NCBI GenBank assembly: GCA_964242875.1
Contig: CAXTCB010000002.1
Location: forward strand, 5,027-69,026
DNA from: an uncultured Acidobacteriaceae bacterium
GTDB taxonomy: Bacteria; Acidobacteriota; Terriglobia; Terriglobales; Acidobacteriaceae
DNA length: 64,000 nucleotides
Reading direction: 5' to 3'
Shown: positions 30,847 to 46,414 of the stretch, in pieces
Position numbering within the stretch: the first letter of the stretch is position 1
Layout of the letters: every line of letters starts with the position of its first letter
Position numbers and translations under genes: made by a program
Notes under the pieces: model-generated
Databases searched by the model: none
Told to the model about the DNA's origin: nothing
The model's input: the letters and a program-made list of their open reading frames with translations, nothing else

Positions 30847-31644
30847 CTAAAAGTGGCGCAGGTTAGTGGCCGGAGTGGGCGTGGGCCGCGGCGTTGGGCT
30901 GTTGGGATCGAGGTTCGGGATGCGATCGGCGCTGCGCTCGAGCGAGCGGCTGACGATATCGCGGGAGCCGAGGCCCACGGCGAGCGCGAGCGTGAGGACG
31001 ATGCCACCGAAGAGGATGCCGAAGGCGAGCTCAATAATGGTGCCGCCGATGCCGAGGTGATCGAGGATCATGGCGCCAGTGAGCGTTAGGACCAGCCACT
31101 TGACGCCGAGTGAGAGAAAGCGCGCGTACTGCAGCTTGGCATTGACGCCGCCGATGAGCACGGACCGTGAAAGGAAGCGCGCCAGCAGGGTTCCGGCGAT
31201 GAGAAGCAGAAGAGCGCCGATGGAATGGGCGACATAGGGCAGCAGGAAGATCGAAACCTGCGAGCTGTTGGAGTAGGAGGCATCGAGCGCGGAGACGCCG
31301 ATGATGAAGCCGAGCACAACGCAGCCCCAGAAGACGACGCGGGTGACCAGCAGCGTGGGGCTGTGTGCGGGCGAGAAGTCTGAGATGCTCGCGTTGTTGT
31401 TGCGATTCAGCCGCTCGTCGAAGTTGATCTTCACCAGAATGCGACGCAGGGCCATCGACAGCAGGGCGCCGACGCCGGTCATGATGAGCACGGCGATCAG
31501 AAGGGAGAGAACGCCCGGAAGGAAGCTCGCGAGCTTGACGAAGGAGCGGTGCATGGACGCCGAAAGCGAATCGCCGACCTGGTGCCAGAGGGATGGCTGC
31601 GGGATGACGACTGGATCGTAGATGTTGGTGGGAACCTGCGGCAT
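30847..31644 (-). CDS. CmpX-like membrane protein (MscS-associated TM-helix repeats only)
   Basis: FLPGVLSLLI..., LPYVAHSIGA..., ALAVGLGSRD; no MscS beta/cage domain seen. Confidence 0.75.
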   Translation of the reverse strand: MPQVPTNIYDPVVIPQPSLWHQVGDSLSASMHRSFVKLASFLPGVLSLLIAVLIMTGVGALLSMALRRILVKINFDERLNRNNNASISDFSPAHSPTLLVTRVVFWGCVVLGFIIGVSALDASYSNSSQVSIFLLPYVAHSIGALLLLIAGTLLARFLSRSVLIGGVNAKLQYARFLSLGVKWLVLTLTGAMILDHLGIGGTIIELAFGILFGGIVLTLALAVGLGSRDIVSRSLERSADRIPNLDPNSPTPRPTPTPATNLRHF

Positions 31645-31712
31645 GGCGTGTCTCCTTCGGAGGTCTTGCGGGTACGGGGGTAGCTCTCGAGCTTGAGTCT
31701 AGTCTCTGGGCG

Positions 31713-32918
31713 TTATGGGTTGAAGCGATCGGGCCAGCGCCAGCGGGAGACGAAGTAGGGTTTTTCGGACTCGAAGGCAGCGGCGGTCTCTTCGACGTGC
31801 TGCTCCGGCGGGATGCCGCTTTCGACAACCAGCAGATGGGAGGCGACCCAGGCGAGATAGAGCGGGGTAAGCGCACCGAGCAGGTGACCGCGGTTGAGGG
31901 TTCGCAGGCGGAAGGCAAGAACGAAGTCGTAGACCATGCGCGCCCAAAGAGCCGCCGGCATGCGGAAGGTGGACGCATCGAGCAGCGAGAGCTTTTTCAA
32001 GCCGAGGAGCGATTGCGGCGGCAGAACGAGCGACCAGATCTCCCGCAGATTGGTGTTGGCAACGCGGAAGTCTTCGATCAGCGCCTGGACGTCGGCGGTC
32101 TGCTCCGGCTCGGGGGTGGCGACGCCGGTGCCGGTGAGTGCCGGCTGATTTGGCCGTGACCTCTGCCAGAACGCTGCTTTCGCCTCGATATCGGCGAAGA
32201 GGGAGCCGGCGATCTGCGCGAGCAGCATGTTGAGGTCGCTCGTGGTGGGGGCTGGAAGCAGGCGCGGACCACCATCGACCTGCTCGATGCGCATGCCGGC
32301 AATGGCGGCCTCAGCGACGGGCCAGAGGATGCCGTCGGCAAGGCCGCTGGTCTTTTGCGCGACGGCCGTGAGCCGGTCCGAGAGGCGGCGGGAGAAGGCC
32401 AGATCGAGCGCGAGCGGAAAGCGTGGTTGCGCGTTGTAGAGCGAACGCGAGAGCGGATACAGGAGAGCGGAGTTGAAGAGGCCTTCGCGCGGACCGAGAT
32501 GATAATCGGGAACGCCGAGATCTGCGCCGCCTGACAGAACGGAGTCCGCGAGCGAGCGAAGCGCCGTGGGCTGCAGGGAGTGAGCTTCCGGGCCGAGCAT
32601 GAGGCAGGCATCGGCACCGTGCGTCGCGGTCTGGCGAAAGGCGTTGAGCAGCTCGGCTGGGGTCAGGATCCAGGAGCCGGAGACGACGGTGCCGTCGCCT
32701 GGCGGAAGCAGCGTGAGACTGGAGCCAAAGCTCTCCTCCGGCAGGTGAACGTCGGGCGAGACAACCAGCACGGACTTGCCCGTGAACGCCTCGGCCAGCG
32801 AGGCGAGCGTGGCGGAGAAGTGTTCGGCCGAGGTCGAGGCGAGGGAGACAAGCAGACCACCGGAGGAGGGCTCGGCGGTGCTCGGCGGGGAGAGAGTTGC
32901 GGCTTCAGCGTTGGCCAT
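31713..32918 (-). CDS. Glucosylglycerate-synthase-like GT-A fold protein, degenerate
   Basis: NSALLYPLSRSLY...RFPL, DLNMLLAQIAGSLF, LWARMVYDF, LTPLYLAWVAS and FESEKPY resemble the Ggs family; no DxD motif. Confidence 0.65.
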   Translation of the reverse strand: MANAEAATLSPPSTAEPSSGGLLVSLASTSAEHFSATLASLAEAFTGKSVLVVSPDVHLPEESFGSSLTLLPPGDGTVVSGSWILTPAELLNAFRQTATHGADACLMLGPEAHSLQPTALRSLADSVLSGGADLGVPDYHLGPREGLFNSALLYPLSRSLYNAQPRFPLALDLAFSRRLSDRLTAVAQKTSGLADGILWPVAEAAIAGMRIEQVDGGPRLLPAPTTSDLNMLLAQIAGSLFADIEAKAAFWQRSRPNQPALTGTGVATPEPEQTADVQALIEDFRVANTNLREIWSLVLPPQSLLGLKKLSLLDASTFRMPAALWARMVYDFVLAFRLRTLNRGHLLGALTPLYLAWVASHLLVVESGIPPEQHVEETAAAFESEKPYFVSRWRWPDRFNP

Positions 32919-32970
32919 AGGAGCGGTCTCGGGGGTTCGGTGGAGCGGCAGGACGAGCGATTGGGTCAGG

Positions 32971-36315
<3,345 letters not shown>

Positions 36316-36443
36316 AGGTCCAGCCTTCCCAAGATTCTTAAAAGCTATAGGATTTCGCTCCGGAACAGGGAAGCTTCACCGAGTTTTGCGCAGATAGTGC
36401 CTCCGGAGGTTCCAGGTGGAAGACGCGCGTGAGAGCTGCAGGG

Positions 36444-38465
<2,022 letters not shown>

Positions 38466-38713
38466 AAGTTCCTAGTCACGACGTAATGCAGCGATTCATT
38501 TGGTCAAGATCGAACAATCCGCATCCAACCCTGAATTGACAGCCAGGTCGGTTCGAGCGCGTGTGCGGTCGAACTCAAATAACAGGGATGCAAGGTGCTG
38601 CGAAAGCGTTTGCCAGCCAAAAGGGATGCCTCGCAGACGTATGAGGCTTTCGACGTCGCGGCGCTGAGGTTGATCGAGGCCGGACCGAGAGCCTGCGAGA
38701 GGAGACGTCGTAC

Positions 38714-40525
38714 TTGAGTCAAAAGGGAACACAGAGAAACGCCGCCCAGGGAACCCCCATAGAGGAGTACGCGCTGCTCGGCGACTGCGAGACGGCGGCT
38801 CTTGTCTCGCGCGAAGGATCGATTGACTGGCTTTGCTGGCCGGATTTTTCCTCGGGGGCCTGTTTTGCGGCACTGCTGGGACATGCGGAGCATGGTTGCT
38901 GGCGTATCTCGCCGGCGGCGAAGGTGATTCGCACCACCCGGCGATACCTTCCGCAGACGATGGTTGTCGAGACGACCTTTGAGACTGAAGCGGGTGCGGT
39001 GCAGTTGCTGGATTTTATGCCGCCGCGGGAGAAGCACTCTCGCGTGATCCGCCGGGTCGTCGGTCTTCGCGGCAAGGTGGAGATGGCGATGGCCTTGAGC
39101 ATCCGCTTCGACTACGGGCGGACGACGCCTTGGGTGACGACGCATCGCGGCGAGTTGCGAGCGGTGGCCGGCCCTGACATGCTTGTGCTGCACACCAAGG
39201 CCAAGCTCCGCGGCGAGGGGTTGACCACGGTAAGCGAGTTCACGGTCCGAAGCGGGACGACCATGGACTTCTCCCTGACCTACGCGTCGTCGATCGGAGA
39301 GATGCCGGAGCCTCCGCAGGTCGAGGCGGCGTTAGAGCGCACGGTCACCTTCTGGACGGACTGGATGATGCAGAGCTCCTACCGTGGCCGCTACCAGGAG
39401 GCGGTGGATCGATCGCTGCTGACGTTGAAGGCGCTGACGTACAAGCCCTCCGGCGGCATTGTCGCGGCGCCCACGACCTCGTTGCCGGAGTGGATCGGTG
39501 GCGAGCGGAACTGGGATTATCGCTACTGCTGGCTGCGGGACACCTCTTTCACCTTGCTGGTGCTGATGCATGCCGGATTTGAGGACGAAGCGATTGCGTG
39601 GCGGCGGTGGCTGCTGCGCGCGATCGCCGGCACTCCGGACAAGGTGCAAGCACTGTATGGCATTCGCGGAGAACGGACTCTGCGAGAGTGGCAGGCGGAC
39701 TGGCTTCCCGGGTATGAGGGCTCTGCTCCAGTCAACATTGGAAATGGCGCGGCCGGGCAGTTCCAACTGGATCTCTATGGGGAGGTCGCTTCGGCACTGC
39801 TGCGGACCCCGGAGGCGGAGAAGGACATCCGCGTGGATGCGATGGCGCTGCAGGCGAGGCTTATCGATCACCTCTGCAAGGTGTGGCAGGAGCCGGATGA
39901 AGGGATCTGGGAGACACGCGGAGGGCGGCAACAGTTTGTGCATTCGAAGGTCATGGCCTGGGTCGCGCTTGACCGGGCCATCAAGCAGCACGAGCGCTAT
40001 GACGGCGGCGGTGACGTGAAGCGGTGGAGGAAGAATCGCGAGATGATCCGGGAAGAGGTGCTGGAGCGCGGCTTCAATCGCACGTTGAACTCCTTCACGC
40101 AGGCCTACGATTCGACCGACCTTGACGCCTCCTGTCTGCGTCTGCTGCTGGTGGGGTTTCTTCCAGCCACTGATCCCCGCATGATCGGTACCGTGGAAGC
40201 CATTGAAAAGCACCTGATGGTGGATGGTCTGGTGCAACGCTACAAGACAAGCGAAAGCAAGGATGGGCTGAAAGGCGGCGAGGGGTCTTTTCTTGCGTGC
40301 AGCTTCTGGATGGCATCCGATCTGTATCTGATTGGCCGCGAAGAAGACGCACGTCGATTGTTTGAAAAGTTGCTGGGTTTGCGGAATGATCTGGGTCTGC
40401 TTTCGGAGGAGTATGACGCCGAGGCAGGCAGGATGCTGGGCAACTTTCCGCAGGCGCTGTCGCATATTGCTCTGGTCCACACAGCCTTTACGCTCTCAGG
40501 TACATGGCGGCCGCAACCTGCTTAG
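38714..40525 (+). CDS. GH15 glycoside hydrolase (trehalase/glucoamylase-like)
   Basis: IEEYALLGDC, RNWDYRYCWLRD, GIWETRG, LLSEE, GNFPQALSH; TTG start after GAGGAG. Confidence 0.95.
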   Translation: MSQKGTQRNAAQGTPIEEYALLGDCETAALVSREGSIDWLCWPDFSSGACFAALLGHAEHGCWRISPAAKVIRTTRRYLPQTMVVETTFETEAGAVQLLDFMPPREKHSRVIRRVVGLRGKVEMAMALSIRFDYGRTTPWVTTHRGELRAVAGPDMLVLHTKAKLRGEGLTTVSEFTVRSGTTMDFSLTYASSIGEMPEPPQVEAALERTVTFWTDWMMQSSYRGRYQEAVDRSLLTLKALTYKPSGGIVAAPTTSLPEWIGGERNWDYRYCWLRDTSFTLLVLMHAGFEDEAIAWRRWLLRAIAGTPDKVQALYGIRGERTLREWQADWLPGYEGSAPVNIGNGAAGQFQLDLYGEVASALLRTPEAEKDIRVDAMALQARLIDHLCKVWQEPDEGIWETRGGRQQFVHSKVMAWVALDRAIKQHERYDGGGDVKRWRKNREMIREEVLERGFNRTLNSFTQAYDSTDLDASCLRLLLVGFLPATDPRMIGTVEAIEKHLMVDGLVQRYKTSESKDGLKGGEGSFLACSFWMASDLYLIGREEDARRLFEKLLGLRNDLGLLSEEYDAEAGRMLGNFPQALSHIALVHTAFTLSGTWRPQPA

Positions 40526-40635
40526 CTGGCGAAGGCATGCGGCTGACGCGAAGGTCTGATCCCCGAGAACAGGCAACCCACAGCCTTGCTTTTTGCTCTT
40601 CTCCACATGAACCCATCCATTTTTCCTGGTGACTC

Positions 40636-43293
40636 TTGACTGACCGAACTCCAAGCTCTACGTACCGGCTACAGCTGCACAAACACTTTACCTTCGACGA
40701 TGCCGCGACGATTGCGCAGTACCTCTACGACCTCGGGATCACGCACGTGTACAGCTCACCCTATCTGCAGGCCGCGCCCGACAGCATGCATGGGTACGAC
40801 GTGGTCGATCATCAGCGCGTCAACAAGGAGCTTGGCGGCCCGGAGGCGCACCAGCGTTTCTCAAAGACGCTGGGCGAGAACGGTCTCGGGCAGGTCTTGG
40901 ATATCGTGCCGAACCACATGTCTCTGGGGAAGGAGAACCGGTACTGGTGGGATGTGCTTGAGAACGGCGTGACCAGCCGCTACGCCTCCTTCTTCGATAT
41001 CGACTGGCAGCCGCAGGAGGAGCGCCTGCGGGACAAGGTTCTGGTGCCGATTCTCGGCGATCAATATGGTCGTGCGCTGCAGAGCGGCGGCGTCAAGATT
41101 GTTCGCAAGGGCGTTGAGTTTCAGGTGGAGGCTGCGGGGCAGACGCTGCCGACCGCACCAACCTCTCTGCCTGCGATCCTGTTCCGCGCTGCCGAATACG
41201 CGAAGTCCGACACGCTCAGCTTTCTCGCGGCGTCTTTCGGACGGCTTCCCGTGCCTGAGGCGTGGGACCGATGGGTGATCCTGGCGCGCAACCGTGACAA
41301 GGTGGTGCTGAACAAGCTTCTCTCCCGGCTTTGCTCGGAGGAAGAGAAGGTCTGTGAGGCGATCGATCGTTCGGTCACCGAGTTGAATGCGAATCTGGAC
41401 GCGCTGGACGATTTTCTCTCCCAGCAGAACTATCGCCTGGCGTACTGGAAGACGGCAGACCAACAGCTCGGCTATCGCCGCTTCTTCGATGTGAACACAC
41501 TGATTGGCCTGCGGATGGAGCGCGAGCATGTCTTTGAAGAGACGCACGCGCTGATCGTCGAGTGGCTGCGCGCTGGTGTGCTCGATGGAGTGCGCGTTGA
41601 TCACCCCGATGGGTTGCGCGATCCGCTCGAGTATTTTCACCGGCTGCGCGAGCATGTTCCCGAAGGATGGATCATCGGAGAAAAGATCCTCGAGCCGGGC
41701 GAGTACCTGCGCGAGAACTGGCCGATTGATGGCACCAGCGGCTACGACTTCATGAATACCGTGCTTGGAACGCTGTTCCATCCGGCGGGCATGGCGGAGC
41801 TGACCAAGATCTATGGCGACTTCACCGGGCAACCGACGGCATTTCCGCCGATCGCGCATGACAAGAAGATGATGGTGATGGAACAGGCGCTTGGCTCGGA
41901 TGTCAACCGGCTCACAAGCCTGTTCGTCGAGATCTGCGAGCAGAATCGCAACCAGCGCGACTTTACCCGCGTGGAGATCCAGCGGGCGATTGTTGCTATC
42001 GCTGCCTGCTTCGCTATCTACCGCACGTATGTGCAGCCGGATCGCGAGGAGATTACGGACGAAGATCGCAGCTACATCGAGCGAGCCGTGACCTGTGCGA
42101 GAGATAACCGGCCCGATATCGACGTATCTCTCTTCGAGTTCATGCGGGACGTGCTCACCATGGGCGTTCGCGGCAAGAAGGAGACGGAGTTTGTGCTGCG
42201 CTTTCAGCAGTTCACCAGTCCGGTGATGGCGAAGGGCGTCGAAGACACCGCGTTCTACTGCTACAACCGTCTGATTGCCGCGTGTGAGGTGGGTGGCGAT
42301 CCCGGGCGGGATGGTCTTTCGGTCGAGGACTTCCACGCTTATAACCTGCAGATGCAGGCGCACTATCCGCTCACCATGACGACGCTTTCGACGCATGACA
42401 CGAAGCGAGCCGATGATGTGCGGGCGCGGCTTGCCGTGCTGACCGAGATACCGCGTGATTTCCGGAAGATGCTTCGCCGCTGGTCACGCATGAACGCGGC
42501 TCTGTCCGCGGGGATCGATCGCAACACCGAGTACTTCTACTACCAGACCGTGATCGGCGCATGGCCGATCACCAGGGATCGCATGCGCGCCTACATGGAA
42601 AAGGCGACCAAGGAAGCCAAGCAGCAGACCTCCTGGACGGCGGCCAACAAGGACTTCGAAGAGGCGCTGAACGCCTTTATCGACGGCACGCTGGCTTCGA
42701 ACGCCTTCTGCACGGAGATCGAAGAGTTCGTCAACCGGATCGGAGAGGCGGGGCGCGTGAACTCGCTGGCGCAGACGCTGCTTAAGCAGACCTCTCCTGG
42801 TATTCCGGATCTGTATCAGGGGTCGGAGTTGTGGGACTTCAGCCTGGTGGACCCGGACAACCGACGCCCGGTGGACTACGATCTGCGCCGCCGCCTGCTG
42901 GCGGAGATGAAGTCGCTTACCGTCGAGGAGATTGTGGGCCGCGCGGACGAGGGTATGACGAAGCTTTGGACCATCCATCAATCGCTGACGTTGCGGCGGG
43001 AGCATTCGGAGTGGTTCCGCCGCGACGCGGCCTATCAGCCTGTGGCGGCAACCGGCCGCAAGCGCGAACATGTGGTCGCATACCTGCGAGCCGGGTCTGT
43101 TCTGACTGTCGTGCCCCGGCATCCGATGCTATTAGGGAACTCGTGGGCGGACACAACACTTGCTCTTCCGGAAGGGGACTGGATCAACCGGCTCTCCGGG
43201 GAGGGCCATCGCGGTGGCATCGTTCGGCTGGACGCTTTGCTGGCGAAGTTTCCTGTAGCACTGCTGGTAAAGGAAGGATCAACACATGCATGA
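40636..43293 (+). CDS. treY: Malto-oligosyltrehalose synthase
   Basis: STYRLQ, HGYDVVD, DIVPNHM, RVDHPDGL, EKIL, STHDTKR. Confidence 0.97.
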   Translation: MTDRTPSSTYRLQLHKHFTFDDAATIAQYLYDLGITHVYSSPYLQAAPDSMHGYDVVDHQRVNKELGGPEAHQRFSKTLGENGLGQVLDIVPNHMSLGKENRYWWDVLENGVTSRYASFFDIDWQPQEERLRDKVLVPILGDQYGRALQSGGVKIVRKGVEFQVEAAGQTLPTAPTSLPAILFRAAEYAKSDTLSFLAASFGRLPVPEAWDRWVILARNRDKVVLNKLLSRLCSEEEKVCEAIDRSVTELNANLDALDDFLSQQNYRLAYWKTADQQLGYRRFFDVNTLIGLRMEREHVFEETHALIVEWLRAGVLDGVRVDHPDGLRDPLEYFHRLREHVPEGWIIGEKILEPGEYLRENWPIDGTSGYDFMNTVLGTLFHPAGMAELTKIYGDFTGQPTAFPPIAHDKKMMVMEQALGSDVNRLTSLFVEICEQNRNQRDFTRVEIQRAIVAIAACFAIYRTYVQPDREEITDEDRSYIERAVTCARDNRPDIDVSLFEFMRDVLTMGVRGKKETEFVLRFQQFTSPVMAKGVEDTAFYCYNRLIAACEVGGDPGRDGLSVEDFHAYNLQMQAHYPLTMTTLSTHDTKRADDVRARLAVLTEIPRDFRKMLRRWSRMNAALSAGIDRNTEYFYYQTVIGAWPITRDRMRAYMEKATKEAKQQTSWTAANKDFEEALNAFIDGTLASNAFCTEIEEFVNRIGEAGRVNSLAQTLLKQTSPGIPDLYQGSELWDFSLVDPDNRRPVDYDLRRRLLAEMKSLTVEEIVGRADEGMTKLWTIHQSLTLRREHSEWFRRDAAYQPVAATGRKREHVVAYLRAGSVLTVVPRHPMLLGNSWADTTLALPEGDWINRLSGEGHRGGIVRLDALLAKFPVALLVKEGSTHA

Positions 43294-45052
43294 GTTCAGG
43301 GTATGGGCGCCGGACGCCAAGAAGATGACACTGCTGCTCTACGGCAAGGGTGAGGATGGAGCGGATCTCCGTTGCGTTATGGAAGGCCCGGATCAGGACG
43401 GGTGGTGGTCCGTGCGGGCCGCAGCCGAGTGCGGCGACGACTACGCCTATCTGATCGACGCCGACACGAAGACTTATCCCGATCCGCGTGCGCTTGATAT
43501 GGGACAGGGCGTTCACGGTCCATCCAGACTTTATGACCAGGGCACGTTCGTCTGGCATGATCCGCTCTGGCAGGGGCCGCCGCTGACGGGCGCCATCATT
43601 TACGAGATGCACGTCGGCACCTTCACCGAAGGTGGGACCTTCGATGCGGCGATCGAGCATCTGCGATACCTCGCGACCCTCGGCATCACTCACGTTGAAG
43701 TCATGCCGGTTGCGGAGTTCCCTGGCGACTTCGGATGGGGGTACGACGGCGTCGGTCTGTTCGCTGTCACCCACAGCTATGGAGGTCCGGATGCCTTCAA
43801 GCGGTTTGTTGACGCGTGCCATCAGACCGGTCTGGCGGTTCTGCTTGACGTGGTCTACAACCACTTCGGTCCGGTAGGGAACTACACGATCAAGTTTGGA
43901 CCGTACCTCACCGATCGGCACCGCACGCCATGGGGCGCGGCTGTGAACTTTGAGGAGAGCGGCAGCGATCAGGTTCGTCGCTACTTCATCGACAACGCGC
44001 TGATGTGGATGCGCGACTACCACGTGGATGGTCTGCGGCTCGACGCCGTGCATGAGTACATGGACCGATCCGCCGTGCACTTCATGGAACAGCTTTCGGC
44101 AGAGGTCGACATTCTCTCCTCCGTGCTTGGCCGCCGACTGGTGTTGATTGCGGAGAGCGACCTGAACGATCCGCAGATCGTGAAACCGCGAGAAGCAGGC
44201 GGCATGGGTATGGACGCGCAATGGAGCGACGATTTCCACCACTCGCTCTTCACAGTGCTGAAGCCTGGTGAAGAGGGGCAGGGATACTATGACGACTTCG
44301 GCAGCATGGAAGCCCTCGCCAAGTCGCTTGAAGAGGTGTTTGTTTACGATGGAGAGTACTCCGGCTTTCGCAGACGAACGCACGGGCGGCGCGTGGGCGA
44401 TCTCTCGGCCCACCACTTTCTCGGCTACATCCAGAACCATGATCAGATTGGGAACCGTGCCATTGGCGACCGAATTGAGCACATCATCGGCATGGAACGA
44501 ACGAAGGTAGCCCTTGCCCTGGTGATGACCGCTCCCTTCATTCCCATGCTCTTTCAAGGTGAAGAGTTTGCGGCTTCGACGCCCTTTCAGTACTTTGCCC
44601 ATCATGACGACGAAGAGATGGCAAAGGCTGTGTCGGCAGGCCGCAAGAAAGAGTTCGCCATCTTCGGTTGGAACGACGACGAGATTCCTGACCCGGAGAA
44701 GCGGGAGACCTTTGAGCGCTCGCGTCTGAACTGGAGCGAGGTCTATGAAGGCAAGCACAAGGAGATGCTGGAGTGGACCCGTAAGTTGATCCACATGCGA
44801 CGCACCTCGATCTCTTTGAACAACGGACAACTCCAGGCCGTGCGCACCAGATTTGACGAGGAGAAGCGGTGGCTTACCATGCGTCGCGGGCAGGTGCTGG
44901 TTGCTTTCAATCTCGGCAAGGAGACGGTGACCTTGCCCAATCGCGACAAGCTGCCTCTCGAACTTGCGTCCAATCACGCGGTGTCAGTCGAAAACGAGGA
45001 GATCACGCTGCCACCCGATAGCGTGGTGATCCTTTGCGGACGGAACAGGTAA
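43286..45052 (+). CDS. treZ: Malto-oligosyltrehalose trehalohydrolase
   Basis: FRVWAP, WGYDGV, DVVYNHFGP, RLDAVH, QNHDQIGNR. Confidence 0.97.
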   Translation: MHEFRVWAPDAKKMTLLLYGKGEDGADLRCVMEGPDQDGWWSVRAAAECGDDYAYLIDADTKTYPDPRALDMGQGVHGPSRLYDQGTFVWHDPLWQGPPLTGAIIYEMHVGTFTEGGTFDAAIEHLRYLATLGITHVEVMPVAEFPGDFGWGYDGVGLFAVTHSYGGPDAFKRFVDACHQTGLAVLLDVVYNHFGPVGNYTIKFGPYLTDRHRTPWGAAVNFEESGSDQVRRYFIDNALMWMRDYHVDGLRLDAVHEYMDRSAVHFMEQLSAEVDILSSVLGRRLVLIAESDLNDPQIVKPREAGGMGMDAQWSDDFHHSLFTVLKPGEEGQGYYDDFGSMEALAKSLEEVFVYDGEYSGFRRRTHGRRVGDLSAHHFLGYIQNHDQIGNRAIGDRIEHIIGMERTKVALALVMTAPFIPMLFQGEEFAASTPFQYFAHHDDEEMAKAVSAGRKKEFAIFGWNDDEIPDPEKRETFERSRLNWSEVYEGKHKEMLEWTRKLIHMRRTSISLNNGQLQAVRTRFDEEKRWLTMRRGQVLVAFNLGKETVTLPNRDKLPLELASNHAVSVENEEITLPPDSVVILCGRNR

Positions 45053-45079
45053 GTTGAGCAGCAAAGGGCTGCTTAGGAA

Positions 45080-45113
45080 TGCGAGGGGCCGGACATGGAG
45101 TCGGCCCCTCGCA
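45080..45113 (+). terminator. Strong hairpin after treZ
   Basis: TGCGAGGGGCCG-N10-CGGCCCCTCGCA; weak U-tract. Confidence 0.6.
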
Positions 45114-45258
45114 CTCTGCCATCTTCGATTTGCGAAGTGAATCGCAGCTTGAAACTTTTCGAGCAGCTTCGCGTCTTTCCAAGCTGGCATCCAAATTCCT
45201 CCCAGTGGCGGATTACTCGACAGAGTCGAGGCAAAACTGCGCCGAGAGACAGGTGGCT

Positions 45259-46392
45259 ATGACGATCCGACGAAGAAGCTTCACAACGGTAGGAGCCTTG
45301 CTGCTATTACCCATCCTGCCCGCGTCGCTTCGCGCAGCACAGGCGCCTGCTCCAGCAGCAACGACGCCTTCCGCAACCCGGCAGATTGGCACCATTGACG
45401 CCATCACTCCGACAGTCCTTACCCTGACCACCGATAAAGGGGAAAAGGTATCGGTCACGCTGCTTGGCGAGACGAAGGTCGTGCAGTTGGCCGCCGGCAG
45501 CACCGATTTGAAGACGGCGCAACCGGCCACGATGGCTGATCTGTCGGTAGGGGATCGTGTTCTCGCGGTGGGCGCTCCGGCTGAAGGATCCACAGCGCTG
45601 GCAGCACGCCGGCTGGTGCTGATGAAGTGCACGGATATTACAAAGCGGCACGAGGCAGAGCAGATGGGCTGGCAGCATGGAACAGGCGGTCTTGTCAGCG
45701 CCGTCGATGCCGCGAGTGGAATGGTGACCATAACCTCCGGCATGCGGACCATCTCGATTGTAACCACTGCCGCGACGATCCTCCGCCGCTATGCCCCCAA
45801 CTCCGTGCGCTTTGAAGACGCGACCAGAAGCACGCTGGCGGAGTTGCACGCCGGAGACCAGCTTCGCGTTCGGGGAGAGCGCGCGAGCGACGGCTCCATA
45901 AAAGCCGATGAGATTGTAAGTGGCTCGTTCCGTCATCTCTCAGGCCTGGTTCAGTCCGTCGATACGGGAGCCGGGCAGGTCACCGTCAAAGATCTCAAGA
46001 CGCAGAAGTCAACCGTGCTCTCCGTCACTGCGGGAACCGCCATCCATCAGCTGCCGCCGGATGTCGCCGCCCGTTTCGCTACGCGCGCGAAGGCTGGCGG
46101 AACCCCGGCGCCAGCGTCGGCACCAGGCGCGGAAGGCTCTTCCGCTCCTCGCGCGGGCGGCGCAGATCTGTCACAGGTTGTGTCCCGTCTGCCCGCGATG
46201 CCTTTGTCAGAGCTCAAGGTTGGGGAGACAATTATGGTTGTGGGTGGAGACGGAAGCAGTGGCTCCATCTCAGCCATCACGATCCTCAGCGGGGTTGAAG
46301 CCATCCTCGCAGCGTCACCAAACGGCGGCGCCGAGATAGCCCTCTCTCCCTGGAGCATGGGTGGTGGAGAGGCCGGAGCCGGATCACAGTAG
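45259..46392 (+). CDS. Exported DUF5666-repeat protein
   Basis: Signal peptide; three repeats of G-x-V/I...L-x-VGD-x-V-x-V-G. Confidence 0.75.
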   Translation: MTIRRRSFTTVGALLLLPILPASLRAAQAPAPAATTPSATRQIGTIDAITPTVLTLTTDKGEKVSVTLLGETKVVQLAAGSTDLKTAQPATMADLSVGDRVLAVGAPAEGSTALAARRLVLMKCTDITKRHEAEQMGWQHGTGGLVSAVDAASGMVTITSGMRTISIVTTAATILRRYAPNSVRFEDATRSTLAELHAGDQLRVRGERASDGSIKADEIVSGSFRHLSGLVQSVDTGAGQVTVKDLKTQKSTVLSVTAGTAIHQLPPDVAARFATRAKAGGTPAPASAPGAEGSSAPRAGGADLSQVVSRLPAMPLSELKVGETIMVVGGDGSSGSISAITILSGVEAILAASPNGGAEIALSPWSMGGGEAGAGSQ

Positions 46393-46414
46393 AAGACCTT
46401 GTTCAGGAGCAGGA